Source: the human T2T-CHM13v2.0 reference genome, Homo sapiens
Assembly: GCF_009914755.1 (NCBI RefSeq)
Contig: NC_060931.1
Strand: one strand, 5' to 3'
Length of the DNA stretch: 64,000 nucleotides
Program-made: the position numbers and the translations under genes
Shown: positions 61,171 through 64,000 of the stretch, piece by piece
Numbering within the stretch: position 1 is the first letter of the stretch
Layout of the letters: each line of letters starts with the position of its first letter
The notes under the pieces: model-generated
Told to the model about the DNA's origin: nothing
The model's input: only the letters and a program-made list of their open reading frames with translations
The model's database searches: none

Positions 61171-62084
61171 ACCTGTTATGAGTCAATCTCTTTTCTCTAT
61201 TTATTTGCTTTATTGTCACCATTGTCCCTAACAGTAGACGGGAATCTCAGGCAGAAGTCTGTATCATGGTGCCAAGGACAATGCCTGCCACATTGAGGCA
61301 CTCAGACATGTGTTCATTAAATTAATATGAATGGTTAAATAACCACAAAAGATGATTTAAATTAGCATTTCCAAGTAACAATGGAGGCAGTGCCATGAGG
61401 CACTTCATGATAAATTGCAGAAAACTTGCACAGACAATAATTGTTATAAAGGTCCAAGAGAAGCACTATCACTTGATTTATATGCACAACTATTTTTAAC
61501 CTCAACAGGGTTTTGCACATTTATTCATCTTAACTAAATGAAAACTTTTATTCCTTTGTACCTTGAAAATCCCTTGAATCTGATGATTATCTTTAAATTA
61601 AGGATTAAAAAAAAACTCTTTTGCTAAGTTTTTATACATTCTTTGGCAATTCTAAATTAAGATGCACATGAAGTATTAAATTTATATAACTCATTGTTTA
61701 ATCTAAATTAGATTAACCCCCTTGGCCCTTCAGAGATCCAAGTAGAGGCTTCCATACTTTTGTTTATCCATGTCTCAAGGTTATTACTGACAAAATTACA
61801 ATTAGTCAGTACTTCATATCCATTGTTAGGGTGCTAAGCTGTGAGCTATAAACTACCTCACTCTGGCATAATTAAAACCGTGTTCCAGTTCACCTATTTT
61901 ATGATACCTACTTGGCTTTCCATAAAGCTTCTTTTCACACTCCTAACTATGTGCAGGTCTGGGAAACTTGGGAACTTTATTGAAGAAAACTTTAAACATA
62001 AGCTTCTTCTTGAAGTTTGCTGATAGTTCTGTTATAGCAGTCTTACTATCATCAGGATAAAAAAATTGTACTAAACTATTGTAA

Positions 62085-62436
<352 letters not shown>

Positions 62437-64000
62437 TCTATTACTACCTGTAAAATAAATCCTAATTCAAAAGTCGCCATGTGTATGTACATAGGAAATA
62501 GTGCATTTGAACTGGCATTTACCTACTGGCATAACAAATTGCTCTTTGGAATAGATGTCTAGTCCCAAGTTAAGAAGAAAAGGGGACTCCTGTGTCCCAT
62601 CCATAGTTTCTCATTAAGTCCAAGAGCCAATTGTGCTAAAGTAAATGAATATCTTCAAGCTAACCTATAAGGGGTGGTGGGAATATTAGTTGCTAGACCA
62701 ACACTTAATCAAGAATCTCTCACACTGTCTAAGGGTGAATAGAACAACTAGACTTGTAGAGGATTGCTTAATCTTTTTATGAAAAAGTCATGTGCCAATT
62801 AAGATTCTAGCCATACCTCCTTCAGGGTTTTCTTGACTTACTCAAGCTTTAGACAATGAAGTGGCTCAATAATCTTTTCTGTAATCCCTATGTCTAATGT
62901 ATTAAGTATTCCTTAATTCAATTTGGTAGATTACCCTAATCGATTTTGTTTTCTGGTATTTAAACCTTTAGAATTTAATTATATTATACTGAATAGGATA
63001 CAAAGTAGGACTTGAGCTTAAAAGATGGCCTTTCATTTCACAGAAAAGAAATTTATATGTCAAGTATTTTGCTGTGGTATTCTCATTGACATAGCTGAGA
63101 TGATAATGTAACCAGTTCACGACGTCAGGATTGCTATGAGAGAACCCCGTTACTGGGTGCTTGATTTGCTCTTTTGGTTTATCCAAAGATACTGAGTTTG
63201 CTCTGACTGCCTCGGTTTTCTCCATTTTAACAAAGGCAAAAACCAACACTTTGTATTAAATAACCTAAACCTTGGCATTGAACTTGTCAAAAGAGAAAAT
63301 GACCTGAACATTAGAGCCAAGAAGATACTCTGTTGTATTTTACTTTGTTACTTAGGTATCTTTATTTATTCTTTACTTATATATTTCAAAAAGACATAGC
63401 CTTCCTTTATGGAAAAATTCATTTGTTATTATTTAAGTACAACAGATAGATAGATGCTCCAAAATTAAGTCTGAGTGTTTTCTTTGCCTGCAGAACTGAC
63501 AGTTTGCTTGGCTTATGCTGATAATCCCCAAAAAAGTCGCTTGTGTCTTGAACATCCATAGGAAATAAAACTGTAGTTCCGGGCAGTGTCGATAAGAAAG
63601 CAAACTTTACACCTTCACTTAGGGGTTGAGAAAGAGAATGAGCTATTGATTCCACTCTGAACTTTAGATGGCCATATCACATCTGAAACCAGTCATTTCG
63701 TGGTGGGCAGTATTAAACCCGACTTTGTCTTATGACTTTACAAATTAGCGAATTATGTTGTTATGATAAGAGAACCCAACAAAAGTATCTGAGTTTGGAA
63801 CATCAATTTTCAGGATGTTATATATTTGAGAACACTTCTCCACTGCTCCTCTAACTCCTCTAGCCTACCTAACTTTAATAGCCAGGCCTCCTTCCTACCT
63901 ATTTCCTTCCCCCTTCACAAGAAGCACCTATTAAGGAATCAAGAAAAAAAAAAGGATGACACTTACTTTCGGAATAAAGTAATATAGTCTCTACTATTTC

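Noticed and set aside
62968-63655. Two minus-strand ORFs and a + strand acceptor-like site (tctttgcctgcag)
   Set aside because: No match to the next CNTNAP2 exon or to any protein I recognise, and no convincing donor.

Overview
Human (or great-ape) genomic DNA, AT-rich and dense in primate repeats: about 25 Alu copies or fragments, L1, L2, MIR, CR1/L3, MaLR and ERV1 solo LTRs, and hAT/Tigger DNA transposons. The only protein-coding sequence I can support is one 128-bp internal exon on the + strand at 47881-48008, which the ORF track misses. It reads (W)[42 protein letters not shown](R). I recognise this as the end of the fibrinogen-like domain of CNTNAP2/Caspr2 (exon 15 by my recollection of the numbering). 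The rest of the window is therefore CNTNAP2 intron. A processed 7SL (SRP RNA) pseudogene lies at about 10022-10343. None of the listed ORFs looks like a real gene; most are Alu, L1 or LTR read-through. I found no new multi-gene system. The most notable observations are: (i) two independently inserted AluSp-type elements 3.2 kb apart that share a 201-bp perfectly identical tract, a gene-conversion signature; (ii) a perfect 21-bp inverted repeat about 350 nt downstream of the exon, with a third arm copy nearby; (iii) a candidate stop-creating (poison) exon 74 nt upstream of the coding exon; (iv) two head-to-head MER39-like LTR halves; (v) local non-transposon duplications and a palindromic AT-rich minisatellite. 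Repeat subfamily names come from memory of consensus sequences and need RepeatMasker/Dfam confirmation.
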